NCBI GenBank assembly: GCA_963772225.1
Contig: CAVYWD010000002.1
Coordinates: forward strand, 2,138,872-2,202,871
Length of the DNA: 64,000 bases
Reading direction: 5' to 3'
From: an uncultured delta proteobacterium
Lineage (GTDB): Bacteria > Myxococcota > Myxococcia > Myxococcales > UBA5297
Part shown: piece by piece, positions 52,222 through 62,289 of the stretch
Numbering within the stretch: position 1 is the first letter of the stretch
How the letters are laid out: each line of letters starts with the position of its first letter
Made by a program: the position numbers and the translations under genes
The notes under the pieces: model-generated
Database searches by the model: none
Told to the model about the DNA's origin: nothing
Seen by the model: only the letters and a program-made list of their open reading frames with translations

Positions 52222-54978
52222 ATGTTCGCCCTCATCCTCGCCGCGGCGATCCAGACGGCCGCGCCGGCGGCCTCGCTCGCCGCCGAAGACGCGACTCAGG
52301 GCGAGGCTCAGCCCTCCAGCGCGGACGAAGCCCGCTCCGCCCAGGCCGACGCAGGCACCGAGGCCCCGCTCGACGGCGGAGCCGAGAGCGCCTCGGCCAT
52401 CGAGCCGCCCGAGCTCGCCGAGGACTCGCCCGCACTCTTTCCCGCCGCCCTTCGAGAGAAAGGGGAATCGGGCGAGGTCGAGCTCCAGCTCCTGGTCGAC
52501 GAGTCCGGCAAGGTGGCCGAGACGTCGGTCGCGCAGGGCGGCAATCCGCTCTTCGAGCAGGCCGCCCTCGAGGCTTCGCAGCGGCTCGTCTTCAGGCCGG
52601 CGCGCATGAACGGGAAGCCCGTCGCCGTGCGGCTGTCGTTCCGCTACCGATTCGAGGCGCCGCCGCCCGCGCCCGCGGCGCCCGCGCGCGGCACCCTGCG
52701 CGGGCTCGTGCGCCAGAAGGGCCTGCGCTCGCCGCTGGCCGGCGCTTCGGTCGACTGCTTCGGGGCGGCGGCCGCGACCGGGCCCGACGGGCGCTTCGAG
52801 CTCTCGCTCACGGCCGGGCTGAACCCGTGCCGCGTCACCGCTCCCGGCCACCGGCCCGCGACGTTCCTGGAGCTGCTGAAGCCGGGCGACGCGCTGGACG
52901 TCGTCTACGGCCTCGAGCCCGAGCGCATCAACCCTTACGAGACCATCGTCCGCGGCGAGCGCGAGCGGACCGAGCTCTCGCGCGTCACCCTGCGCGACCA
53001 GGAGCTGCGCGAGGTGCCCGGCACCATGGGCGACCCGTTCCGCGTGGTGATGCTCCTGCCCGGAGTCTCCGGAATCGTCTCGGGCCTCGCGTACCCTGTG
53101 GTGCGCGGGACGTCCCCCGCGTCGACGGGCTACTTCCTCGACGGCGTTCGGGTCCCGCTCCTGTTCCACCTGGCGCTCGGGCCGGCGGTGGTGCACCCCG
53201 ACTTCCTCGACTCGGTCGACTTCTATCCGGGCGCGCCGCCCCCCGAGTACGGGCGCCTGCTGGGCGGCGCCATCGACGGGAAGATCCGCAAGCCCCGCGA
53301 CGACCGCTGGCACGGCTCGGTCTACGCCGACCTCATCAACGCCGGCGGGCTCATCGAATACCCGGTGGCGAAGACCGGCACCGACTTCACCGTCGCCGGG
53401 CGCGTCAGCTACACCCCGTGGCTCACGGCGCTGCTCGCGAGCTCGGTCATCAAGGCGAGCTCGAGCGGCAAGACCCCCTCGGTGGTGCTCGACTTCTGGG
53501 ACTACCAGGCGCGGGTCGAGCAGGCACTCTGGGGCGGTCGCCTGCGCCTCTTCGCGTTCGGCAGCAGTGACAAGGTGGGCACCGAGTCCGACGACCCCAC
53601 CGTCGCCTCAGCCACCGAGTCCATCCTTTTCCACCGCGTCGACCTGCGCTATCGCAGGAGCCTTTGGGGCGGCGACCTGGAGGTGGGCGGCACCTTCGGC
53701 TTCGACCGCATCGGCACGGACGCGAATCAGCTCGTGAACCAAGCCAGCGCGGCCACTCAGCTGGAGCGCTGGGTCTTCCTCGTCGACGAGACGACCTGGC
53801 GCGGCCGGGCCCGCTGGGAGAGGCCGCTCGCCGAGCGGCTCACGCTCTCGGCCGGCGGCGACGTGGAGCGCCAGGGGAACTCGCTCACGTTCACCGCGCA
53901 GGTGAACGGGCAGCCGGTAGACCAGACGCTGCCCATCGCCGTCGGCACCTTCTTCGGCCTCTGGAGCCAGCTCACCTGGGAGAGCCAGGACCGCCGCTGG
54001 CGCGTGACCCCGGGCCTGAGGCTCGACGCCTTTCACAAGGTCCCCAGCCTGACGCTCCTCAGCGCCGACCCGAGGATCACCGCGCGCCGCATCCTCGACG
54101 AGCACTGGACGCTGAAGGCCGGCGCCGGCCTCTTTCACCAGCAGCCCACCGCGCTCATCCAGCTGCCGGTGGTCGACGTCGGCGGGCTCGCCTACGGCTT
54201 GCAGGAGGGGGCGCAGCTCGACGTGGGCGTCGAATGGAAGGGCGCGAGCGGCCTGCAGGTGAACGCCGACGTCTACTACAACCCGCTCTTGCGCACGGTC
54301 GAGCTCGACCCCTTCGGCGGCACGACCACGCCGTCCGCCCCGAAACCGACGCCCGCGGTCCTTCGCGCCATCGAAGGGGTCGACACCCCGCTCCCGGCCG
54401 TCTCCGCCTCGAGCGGGTACGCGACCGGGCTCGAGCTGATGGTGCGCCACCCGCTGGGAGGCCACTGGTTCGGCTGGGTCTCGTACACACTCCAGCGCAG
54501 CGTGCGCAAGACGACGTTCGACCGCCTGAACGCCGCCGGCGAGCCGGTCGGGACGGCCACCGCTCTCTTGCCGTACACCTACGACCAGACGCACGTCTTC
54601 AACGCCGTGGTGAGCTACAAGCTCGCGAACAACTGGACGGTGGGCGCCGTGCTGCACATCAACTCCGGGCGGCCCGAGGCGGGCAACCTCACCTCGACGA
54701 CGATGCGCGAAGGCGTCGACGCGTCGGGCAACCCGGCCTGGGTCGCCGTCTCTCGCGATCAGGTCGACCGGCTCCCGCCGTTCTGGCGGGTGGACCTGCG
54801 CGTCTCCAAGACGTGGTCGAGCGACCTCTACAACCTGGAGCTCTACCTGGACGTGCTCAACGCCTCGCTCAGGACCGAGGTCTACGGCTTCAACTACATG
54901 CCCTCGAACCCGCTCCAGAAGGTGGCTCAAGGCGCGCCCATCGTGCTCCCGGTCCTGGGCCTGAAGGGGACCTACTGA
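52222..54978 (+). CDS. TonB-dependent receptor-like outer membrane protein with N-terminal TonB_C and carboxypeptidase-regulatory-like domains
   Basis: 918-aa ORF. The TonB C-terminal fold is FPAALREKGESGEVELQLLVDESGKVAETSVAQGGNPLFEQAALEASQRLVFRPARMNGKPVAVRLSFRYRF. The CarbopepD_reg-like segment is GTLRGLVRQKG...GRFEL. The plug is EVPGTMGDPFRVVMLLPGV. This is followed by a long beta-barrel with a terminal aromatic residue (LKGTY). Confidence 0.75.
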   Translation: MFALILAAAIQTAAPAASLAAEDATQGEAQPSSADEARSAQADAGTEAPLDGGAESASAIEPPELAEDSPALFPAALREKGESGEVELQLLVDESGKVAETSVAQGGNPLFEQAALEASQRLVFRPARMNGKPVAVRLSFRYRFEAPPPAPAAPARGTLRGLVRQKGLRSPLAGASVDCFGAAAATGPDGRFELSLTAGLNPCRVTAPGHRPATFLELLKPGDALDVVYGLEPERINPYETIVRGERERTELSRVTLRDQELREVPGTMGDPFRVVMLLPGVSGIVSGLAYPVVRGTSPASTGYFLDGVRVPLLFHLALGPAVVHPDFLDSVDFYPGAPPPEYGRLLGGAIDGKIRKPRDDRWHGSVYADLINAGGLIEYPVAKTGTDFTVAGRVSYTPWLTALLASSVIKASSSGKTPSVVLDFWDYQARVEQALWGGRLRLFAFGSSDKVGTESDDPTVASATESILFHRVDLRYRRSLWGGDLEVGGTFGFDRIGTDANQLVNQASAATQLERWVFLVDETTWRGRARWERPLAERLTLSAGGDVERQGNSLTFTAQVNGQPVDQTLPIAVGTFFGLWSQLTWESQDRRWRVTPGLRLDAFHKVPSLTLLSADPRITARRILDEHWTLKAGAGLFHQQPTALIQLPVVDVGGLAYGLQEGAQLDVGVEWKGASGLQVNADVYYNPLLRTVELDPFGGTTTPSAPKPTPAVLRAIEGVDTPLPAVSASSGYATGLELMVRHPLGGHWFGWVSYTLQRSVRKTTFDRLNAAGEPVGTATALLPYTYDQTHVFNAVVSYKLANNWTVGAVLHINSGRPEAGNLTSTTMREGVDASGNPAWVAVSRDQVDRLPPFWRVDLRVSKTWSSDLYNLELYLDVLNASLRTEVYGFNYMPSNPLQKVAQGAPIVLPVLGLKGTY

Positions 54979-54979
54979 C

Positions 54980-56476
54980 ATGGTTGCGAGCGAAGCACAG
55001 GCCCCGGCGCATCGCCGGCTGAAGGCGACAGGCGTCGCGGTGGCGACCCTTTCGTTGGCCCGGCTGCTCTTCGGGCTCCGCTTCGAGCTGGTGCCGCAGG
55101 AGGCCTATTACTTCTTCTGGTCCGAGCACCCGGCGCTCTCGTACTTCGACCATCCGCCGGCCGTCGCCTACGCGCTCTGGCTCTCGTCGGCGGTCTTCGG
55201 CAGGACCGCTTTCGCCGTCCGCTTCGCCGCCTTCGCGCTCACTCTGGGGACGCTCGCCGCCTTCTTGGCGCTCTCGCGCCGGTTTCTCCCCAGCGCCAAG
55301 CGGAGCGCCGCGCTCCTGCTCTTCGCGACCACGCCCATGGTCACGTTGCTCACGCTCATCTCCACACCGGACGTCCCGCTCGTCTTCTTCTGGGCCCTGG
55401 CCCTCGTCTTCCTGCACGACGCCCTCTTCGCCGGCCGGCGCTGGGCGTGGCTCGCGGGCGGCCTCTGCATGGGGCTCGCGTTCGACTCCAAGTACACCGC
55501 GGCCTTCCTGCAGGTGGGCTTGGGCGTGTTCCTGCTCGCCTCGCCGCGCCACCGGCCGCTCTTGAAGACGCGCTGGCCGTACCTCTCCATTTTGGTCGCG
55601 CACGTGGCGGCGCTGCCGGTCTACATCTGGAATTGGCAGCACCAGTTCCTGTCGTTTCTCTTCCAGACCAAAGAGCGGGCCATCGCGACGCCCCCGGGGC
55701 TGACCTGGCGCTTCTTCTTCGGCCTGCTCGGGACGCAGGCGGCGGTGCTCCTGCCGCCGCTGCTCCTCGCCATGGCCTGGTTCATCGCCCGGCGCGGCCC
55801 CGGCCTCGCTTTGCGCAAGCGCCCGAGCCGCGAGAAGCCGCTCTTCCTGATGTGCTTCCTGGCGCCCTGGGCGGTGCCGATCGCCGCGCTCTCGCTCATC
55901 GCCCAGGTCAAGCCCAACTGGCTCTACTCGGCGTACCTGTCCGGCGTCCTGCTGGTCTCGGCGCTCGCGTCGCGCCGGCTGTTGCACCTGAACGTCGCGC
56001 TATCGGTGGTCCTGCACATCGTCATGGCGGTGGAGGTGCTCTTCTACCCGGTGCCGCTCCAGACTGATGACACCTGGTTCGGCTGGAAGGCGCTCGCGCG
56101 CGAGGTCGCCGCGCGGCACGCGGCCGACCCGAAGCCGTTCATCTTCGCCGCCGACTCGTACAAGACCACCGCCGAGCTCTCGTTCTACCTGCCCGAGGTC
56201 GCGGTCTGGGGCGAGAACGTGCTCGGCATCCCGGCGCTCGAGTTCGACTTCATCCCGGGCCCGCCCGACCCTCTCATCGGCCAGGACGCCCTCTTCCTGG
56301 ACTCCGCCCCGCATGACTTCACTCCGGACCCGGCGCCGCGGGCGTTGGAGTATTTGCTCCCGCACTTCGAGTCCTGCGCCCAGGAGGACCCCATCCTCAT
56401 CCGTCGCCGAGAAGCGATCGTGCGCAAGTTCTTCGTGTTCCGCTGCCGGCACTTCCTGGGGCCCTACGTCCCGTGA
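54980..56476 (+). CDS. glycosyltransferase family 39 (ArnT/PMT-like) membrane protein
   Basis: 498-aa polytopic ORF. QEAYYFFWSEHPALSYFDHPP...GLAFDSKYTA matches the GT39 N-terminal loop pattern. The start is 2 nt after the receptor stop. Confidence 0.75.
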   Translation: MVASEAQAPAHRRLKATGVAVATLSLARLLFGLRFELVPQEAYYFFWSEHPALSYFDHPPAVAYALWLSSAVFGRTAFAVRFAAFALTLGTLAAFLALSRRFLPSAKRSAALLLFATTPMVTLLTLISTPDVPLVFFWALALVFLHDALFAGRRWAWLAGGLCMGLAFDSKYTAAFLQVGLGVFLLASPRHRPLLKTRWPYLSILVAHVAALPVYIWNWQHQFLSFLFQTKERAIATPPGLTWRFFFGLLGTQAAVLLPPLLLAMAWFIARRGPGLALRKRPSREKPLFLMCFLAPWAVPIAALSLIAQVKPNWLYSAYLSGVLLVSALASRRLLHLNVALSVVLHIVMAVEVLFYPVPLQTDDTWFGWKALAREVAARHAADPKPFIFAADSYKTTAELSFYLPEVAVWGENVLGIPALEFDFIPGPPDPLIGQDALFLDSAPHDFTPDPAPRALEYLLPHFESCAQEDPILIRRREAIVRKFFVFRCRHFLGPYVP

Positions 56477-56583
56477 ACCTTCTCGGCGCCGGCGCGCTTT
56501 GCCCGGAGTTGACCCAGCCGTCACCGAATCGCCACCGGCCCCCTCTATTGCAGCGAGCGTTGGGGGTGTATCCAAGGAACGAC

Positions 56584-57279
56584 ATGGCGCGCATTCTTGT
56601 CATCGAAGACGAGCAAGACCTGCAACGGGTGCTGGAGTTCAACCTGGCGCAGGCCGGCCACCAGGTCGCAGTGGTGGGCCAGGGCCAAGACGGCCTCAAG
56701 GTCGCCAAGGAGAAGCCGCCCGACCTCGTCTTGCTCGACCTCATGCTCCCGGACATCTCGGGCACCGAGGTGTGCAAGGGCCTCAAGTCCGACCCGAAGA
56801 CGCGCGGCGTTCCGGTGATGATGCTCACCGCCAAGGGCGAGGAGATCGACCGGGTGCTCGGCTTCGAGCTCGGCGCCGAGGACTACGTCGTCAAGCCGTT
56901 CAGCGTGCGCGAGCTTCTCCTGCGGATCGGCGTGGTGCTCAAGCGCAAGGCCCCTGCGGACGCAGCCCAGGGCGCCGAGGTGGCCTTCGGCTGCCTGCGC
57001 TTCCACCCCGAGGCGCACCGGACCTTCGTGGACGGCGCCGAGGTCGAGCTCACCGCCCTCGAGTTCCGGCTCCTCACGGTGCTCTACGCGCGCCGCAATC
57101 GGGTGCAGTCGCGCGCGGTCCTGCTCGATGACGTCTGGGGGATCACCGCCGACGTCACCACTCGCACCGTCGACACCCACGTCAAGCGCCTGCGCGAGAA
57201 GCTGGGCAAGGCGGGCGTCTACATCGAGACCGTCCGCGGCGTCGGCTACCGCTTCGCCGAGGTCCCGGAGCAGCCCTGA
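56584..57279 (+). CDS. OmpR/PhoB-type response regulator
   Basis: Real part of ORF 56473..57279; ATG at 56584. The receiver is MARILVIEDE...LVLLDLMLPD...LTAKG. The winged helix is LTALEFRLLTVLY...TVDTHVKRLREKL...IETVRGVGYRF. Confidence 0.9.
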   Translation: MARILVIEDEQDLQRVLEFNLAQAGHQVAVVGQGQDGLKVAKEKPPDLVLLDLMLPDISGTEVCKGLKSDPKTRGVPVMMLTAKGEEIDRVLGFELGAEDYVVKPFSVRELLLRIGVVLKRKAPADAAQGAEVAFGCLRFHPEAHRTFVDGAEVELTALEFRLLTVLYARRNRVQSRAVLLDDVWGITADVTTRTVDTHVKRLREKLGKAGVYIETVRGVGYRFAEVPEQP

Positions 57280-57550
57280 CGAGGACTGCGCCTCAGACCG
57301 ACGAGGCATGTTGGTTCTGCGTGGAACCGGCTCGGCGAAAGGCTGGACTCGAATGCAGGGAGTGCTCGGCCGCTCCCGCAGCAGGCCTGGGGCGAGGCGA
57401 ACGACCGCACCGGTTGGGGGGCCTCAAGGACCCCGCTGGGCGCTGGCCCGGAAGGCGGTTGACGCTGATCGACCCCCCGCCTAAGCTTCCGGCCCTCCAC
57501 GGCTGGAGCCCCGGCGGCCAAGGCCACGGGCCCACAATGGAATTCTCCCC

Positions 57551-58450
57551 TTGAATCTCGCGCGCACACTCGCCCTCCTCTGCCTGACCCTTGCCTCCGG
57601 CTGTTCCGGCCTCATCGCGAACCTTGCGGCCGACAGCCTCTCGGGCAACGGCTCGTCGTTCTCCAGCGACGACGACCCAGAGCTCGTCAAGGAGGCGGTG
57701 CCCTTCGGGCTGAAGGTCATCGACTCGCTGCTCGAGAGCTCGCCGAACAACCCGAAGCTCCTGCTCGCGGCGGCCTCGGGGTACACGCAGTACGCCTACG
57801 GCTTCGTTCAGGACGACGCCGAGCGCCTCGAGGGCAAGGACCCCGAGGCCTCCCGCGCCCAGTTTGCGCGCGCCCGGAAGCTTTTGCGGCGCGGCTACGG
57901 CCACGGCTTCCGCGGCCTCGAAGCTCGGCACAAGGGCTTCGGCGAGCGCTTCGCCCGCGACCGCAAGGCAGCCGTCGAGGAGCTTTCGAAGGACGACGTC
58001 CCGCTCATCTACTGGACCGCGGCGGCGCTGGGGGCGAGCATCTCCATCTCCAAGGACGACATGGCGCAGGTCGGCCGGCTCCCGGAGGTGGAGGTCCTGG
58101 CCGCGCGCGCCCTCGCGCTCGACGAGGCGTGGGGCGACGGCTCCATCCACGAGCTCTGGATCTCGCTCGACTGCCGCTCCGAGGCGATGGGCGGCAACCC
58201 GGCCCGGGCGCGCCAGCACTACGAGCGCGCGCTGCAGCTCACCCACGGAAAGAAGATAGGGCCGCACGTCACCTGGGCGGAGTCGGTGGCGGTGCCGGCC
58301 CAGGACCGCAAGCAGTTCGACGAGCTCCTCGACACGGCGCTCGCCTTCGACGCCGATGAGGAGCCGCGCTTCCGGCTCGTCAATCTCATCGCGCAGCGCC
58401 GCGCCCGCCGGCTCAAGGCCGCCGCGGGCGACCTGTTCTTGGAGGAATGA
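57551..58450 (+). CDS. TRAP transporter TatT-component family lipoprotein (TPR-like)
   Basis: TTG start with lipobox LTLASGC. The helical repeat protein ends ...RFRLVNLIAQRRARRLK. Its stop overlaps the DctP-type gene start (ATGA). Confidence 0.65.
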   Translation: MNLARTLALLCLTLASGCSGLIANLAADSLSGNGSSFSSDDDPELVKEAVPFGLKVIDSLLESSPNNPKLLLAAASGYTQYAYGFVQDDAERLEGKDPEASRAQFARARKLLRRGYGHGFRGLEARHKGFGERFARDRKAAVEELSKDDVPLIYWTAAALGASISISKDDMAQVGRLPEVEVLAARALALDEAWGDGSIHELWISLDCRSEAMGGNPARARQHYERALQLTHGKKIGPHVTWAESVAVPAQDRKQFDELLDTALAFDADEEPRFRLVNLIAQRRARRLKAAAGDLFLEE

Positions 58451-59463
58451 CCACCATGCGCCGCCTCACATCCATCCTTTTCGCCCTGCTCCTGGCGCTC
58501 CCGTCCCTCGCCCGCGCCCAGACCGTGGTCGTCAAGCTGGGCACGCTCGCACCCGACGGCTCCTCCTGGCACAAGCTGCTCAAGGAGATGGGCGAGAAGT
58601 GGTCGGAGGCCTCCGGCGGCAAGGTCAAGCTCAAGGTCTTCCCGGGAGGCGTCGCCGGCAACGAGAGCGACATGGTCCGCAAGATGCTCGTCGGCAGCCT
58701 GGACGCGGCGTCGCTGACGGTGGTGGGCCTGCACGACATCGAGACGAGCCCCCAGGCCATCGCCTCGCCGGGCCTCATCGGCGACGACGCGGAGTGGGCC
58801 TACGTCTTCGAGCGCATGGCGCCGGTTTGGGAGAAGCGGCTCGGCGACAAGGGCTTCGTCGCCCTGCATTGGGCCGACACCGGCTGGGTCCACATGTTCT
58901 TCAAGAAGAACGTGAAGAGCCCGGCGGAGATGAAGGGCCTCAAGGTCTTCGCCTGGGCGGGCGACCCCGCCTCGGTGAAGGCCTGGGAGCTCGCGGGCTT
59001 TCAGCCGGTGGTCATCAGCTCCACGGACATCATCACCTCGCTTTCCACCGGGATGATCGACGGCCTGGGCATGGTCCCGGTCATGGTCTTCACCGCCCGC
59101 TTCTTCGAGCAGGCGCGGTACATGACCGAGGCCTCGTGGGGCCATTTGCCGGGCGGCACCATTGTGAAGAAGTCCACCTGGGAAAAGATCCCCGCGGACG
59201 TTCGGCCGAAGCTTCTGGAGATCGCCCAGGAGTACGGCAAGCGGGTGAACTCGGAAGTGATGAAGATGCAGGACGACGCGCTCGCCCAGATGAAGAAAGC
59301 GGGCCTGCAGGTCATCCCCTTCAGCGACGCCGACAAGAAGGCATGGACGGAGATGGCCGAGCGCACTTGGCCCGCCCTGCGCGGCGGCATGACCACGCCG
59401 GAGTCCTTCGACGAGGTCAAGAAGCTTCGCGACGAGTACCGGGCCTCGAAGGGCAAGAAGTGA
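58447..59463 (+). CDS. TRAP transporter substrate-binding protein (DctP/TatP-type)
   Basis: 338-aa ORF with a signal peptide (ILFALLLALPSLARAQ). The DctP-fold pattern is VKLGTLAPDGSSWHK...FPGGVAGNE... Confidence 0.8.
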   Translation: MTTMRRLTSILFALLLALPSLARAQTVVVKLGTLAPDGSSWHKLLKEMGEKWSEASGGKVKLKVFPGGVAGNESDMVRKMLVGSLDAASLTVVGLHDIETSPQAIASPGLIGDDAEWAYVFERMAPVWEKRLGDKGFVALHWADTGWVHMFFKKNVKSPAEMKGLKVFAWAGDPASVKAWELAGFQPVVISSTDIITSLSTGMIDGLGMVPVMVFTARFFEQARYMTEASWGHLPGGTIVKKSTWEKIPADVRPKLLEIAQEYGKRVNSEVMKMQDDALAQMKKAGLQVIPFSDADKKAWTEMAERTWPALRGGMTTPESFDEVKKLRDEYRASKGKK

Positions 59464-61466
59464 GCGGCGAGCCGGCCAGTCGCGCCATCCCCGCTGCTCC
59501 CTCTGTGCCCGACGGCGCCGCCTCGGGCGCGAGCCCCGCTTCGCCGCCGCCGCCGCCGCTGCCGCTCTACGAGCGCGTGGTCGGCGCGTTCGAGAAGTGG
59601 TCGGTGGTGGTCATATTGATGCTGATGACGCTCTTGCCGGCCGCCGAGGCGGTCGTGCGGCGCGTCCTGCACGACTCCATCCCCGGCGCGGTGCTCTACA
59701 CCCAGCACCTCACGCTGTGGGTCGGCTTCCTGGGCGCCCTCATCGCGTCGGGAAGCGGCCAGCACTTGTCGCTCGCGACCGGCGAGATGATCCCCAAAGG
59801 CCGCCTGCGGGACCTCTCTCGCATCTACGTCGGGGCCGTCGCCGGCGGCGTCTGCGCGCTGCTCGCGTATGCCTCGGTGCGGCAGGTCCAAGATGTCTCC
59901 TCGGCGGCCGCGCGGCTGCCCGCGCTCCTCCCCGAGCTCATCCGCAATCACCTGCCGACGCACGGGGGCGCCTTCGTCGAGTTCCTGCGCCTCGGGCCCG
60001 TGCAGTGGTGGAGCGAGCTGATCATGCCCGCGACGCTGGGGCTGATGGCGCTGCGCTTCGTCTACCGCGCCTCGGAGCGCTGGCGGGGGCGGCTGGCCAC
60101 TGCGGCGCTCGTCGGGGCCATCTGCGCTCTGGGCTTCGCCTCCGGCCACGCCGAGCGGCTCGTCTTGCCGGGCGCGGTCGCCATCGGCTTCGGCGTGCTC
60201 CTGGGGGCCCCGGTCTTCGTGGCCATGGCGGGCCTCGCCATGCTGCTCTTCTTCGCCGAGGGCACGCCCATCGCCTCGGTGCCGGACACGACGTTCCGGC
60301 TGGTCGCCTCGGCCTCGCTGCCGGCCATCCCGCTCCTCACCGCGGCCGGCTACATCCTCGCCGAGGGCGGCGCGTCCAAGCGCTTGCTGCGGCTGGCGCG
60401 GGCGCTCATCGGCTGGGCGCCGGGCGGCCTGGCGGTGATGATCTGCGTGGTGCTGGCCGGCTTCACGACCTTCACCGGTGGCTCCGGCGTCACCATCCTC
60501 GCGCTGGGCGGGCTCGTGCTGCCCATGCTCGTCTCCGAGAAATACCCGGAGGGCTTCAGCCTGGGGCTGGTGAGCAGCTCGGGCTCCTTGGGCCTCCTGT
60601 TCCCGCCGAGCCTGCCTGTCATCCTCTACGCGGTGGTCGCCAAGGCGAGCGTTCAGGAGCTCTACATCGCGGGCTTCGTGCCCGGCCTCATCCTGGTCGT
60701 CGCGGTGGCCGTCTACGGGATGGTCGTCGGCGTGCGCACCAAAGCCCCGCGCCAGAAGTTCGACCCCAAGGAGGCCCTGGTCGCTTTCTGGGAGGCGAAG
60801 TGGGAGCTCGCCATCCCGGCCATCGTGCTCATCGCCATCTTCACCAGCTTCGCGACCATGGTCGAGGCGGCGGCGCTCTCGGTGGTCGCGGCCATCGTGA
60901 GCCAGAGCTTCATCTTCAAGGACCTGCACTGGCGGCGCGAGCTGCCCGGCGTGCTCGCCCACAGTGCGACGCTGGTCGGCGCCGTGCTCATCCTGCTCGG
61001 CGTGGCGATGAGCCTGACCGACTACCTGGTCCTCGCGGAGATCCCCGCGGCGGTCCTCGAGTGGACGCGGACGCACATCCAGTCGCCGATGGTGTTCCTG
61101 CTCGCGCTCAACGCCGCGCTGCTCGTGCTGGGCAGCGTCCTCGAAATCTACTCGGCCATCATCGTGCTCGCGCCGCTGCTCGCGCCCATGGCGGGCGCCT
61201 ACGGGATAGACCCTTTGCACATGGGGATCATCTTCCTCGCGAACCTGGAGCTCGGGTTCCTCTTCCCGCCGATGGGCCTGAACCTCATCCTGTCTTCGAA
61301 CCGCTTCAACCAGCCGCTCACGCGCCTTTACAAGGTGGCGGCGCCATTCCTCGCCATCATGGCGGCGGGCGTCTTGCTCATCACCTACGTGCCCCAGCTG
61401 ACGACCGGCGTCCTGCACTGGGTGCGCCCCAAGCCCGCGGCCGCGCAGGTCGAGCCGGGCGAATAG
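59460..61466 (+). CDS. TRAP transporter fused small/large permease (DctQ-DctM)
   Basis: Real part of ORF 58356..61466; GTG at 59460 overlaps the previous stop (GTGA). A DctQ-like 4-TM region is followed by the DctM core (GAPVFVAMAGLAMLLFF...IPLLTAAGYILAEGG...TGGSGVTILALG...). Confidence 0.8.
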   Translation: MSGEPASRAIPAAPSVPDGAASGASPASPPPPPLPLYERVVGAFEKWSVVVILMLMTLLPAAEAVVRRVLHDSIPGAVLYTQHLTLWVGFLGALIASGSGQHLSLATGEMIPKGRLRDLSRIYVGAVAGGVCALLAYASVRQVQDVSSAAARLPALLPELIRNHLPTHGGAFVEFLRLGPVQWWSELIMPATLGLMALRFVYRASERWRGRLATAALVGAICALGFASGHAERLVLPGAVAIGFGVLLGAPVFVAMAGLAMLLFFAEGTPIASVPDTTFRLVASASLPAIPLLTAAGYILAEGGASKRLLRLARALIGWAPGGLAVMICVVLAGFTTFTGGSGVTILALGGLVLPMLVSEKYPEGFSLGLVSSSGSLGLLFPPSLPVILYAVVAKASVQELYIAGFVPGLILVVAVAVYGMVVGVRTKAPRQKFDPKEALVAFWEAKWELAIPAIVLIAIFTSFATMVEAAALSVVAAIVSQSFIFKDLHWRRELPGVLAHSATLVGAVLILLGVAMSLTDYLVLAEIPAAVLEWTRTHIQSPMVFLLALNAALLVLGSVLEIYSAIIVLAPLLAPMAGAYGIDPLHMGIIFLANLELGFLFPPMGLNLILSSNRFNQPLTRLYKVAAPFLAIMAAGVLLITYVPQLTTGVLHWVRPKPAAAQVEPGE

Positions 61467-61497
61467 CGGGGCCATCGCCGGACGCAGGGGAGCTCGC

Positions 61498-62289
61498 ATG
61501 CCCAGCGGATCTCAAGCAGCGCGACGGCCCCGTCGAGCCTCCGGCTCCTCGGAGCTGCGGGGCCCTTCCAAGGCCCGCGTAGAAACCCTCCTCGCCGAGC
61601 TCCGGTCCATGGGCAGCGAGCGGGACCGGGCCGGCAAGGCCCGCTACGGCATCAACGTCGAGAACGCCTTTGGCGTCTCGGTCTTCGAGCTGCGCAAAGT
61701 CGCCAAGCGGATAGGCGTGGACCACGCGCTGGCCCAGGCGCTTTGGGCCACCGGCAACCACGAGGCGCGCCTGCTCGCCTGCTTCATCGACGACCCCGCT
61801 CGCCTCAGCGCCGAGCAGATGGAGTCCTGGGCCAAAGACTTCGACTCCTGGGACATTTGCGACCAGGCGACGACGAGCCTCTTCGACCTATCGCCGCTCG
61901 CGTGGCCCAAGGCGAAGGAGTGGGCCGGGCGCGACGGCGAATGGGTCAAGCGCGCCGGCTTTTCGACTCTGGCGGGCCTGGCGGTTCACGACAAGGCGGC
62001 GGCGGACCGCGATTTCGAGAGATTGTTTCCTCTGATCGAGCTCGGCGCATTCGACGAGCGCAATTTCGTCAAGAAGGCCGTCAACTGGGCCTTGCGAAAC
62101 ATCGGCAAGCGGAACCGGGCCTTGAATTCCGCCGCGCTCGCGTGCGCCGAGCGAATTCGCATGGAGGCCGATCGGCGCGCGGGCGGGCCGCGCGGCGGCG
62201 ATCCCAAGGCGCGCGCCGCCCGCTGGGTCGCCGCCGACGCCGTGCGCGAGCTCGGCTCCGAGAAAGTCCGGGCGCGCCTGAAGGCGTGA
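61498..62289 (+). CDS. DNA alkylation repair protein (AlkC/AlkD-like HEAT-repeat glycosylase family)
   Basis: 263-aa ORF. YGINVENAFGVSVFELRKVAKRIG...LWATGNHEARLLA...WDICDQ...FVKKAVNWALRNIGKRN is characteristic of the family. Confidence 0.75.
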   Translation: MPSGSQAARRPRRASGSSELRGPSKARVETLLAELRSMGSERDRAGKARYGINVENAFGVSVFELRKVAKRIGVDHALAQALWATGNHEARLLACFIDDPARLSAEQMESWAKDFDSWDICDQATTSLFDLSPLAWPKAKEWAGRDGEWVKRAGFSTLAGLAVHDKAAADRDFERLFPLIELGAFDERNFVKKAVNWALRNIGKRNRALNSAALACAERIRMEADRRAGGPRGGDPKARAARWVAADAVRELGSEKVRARLKA

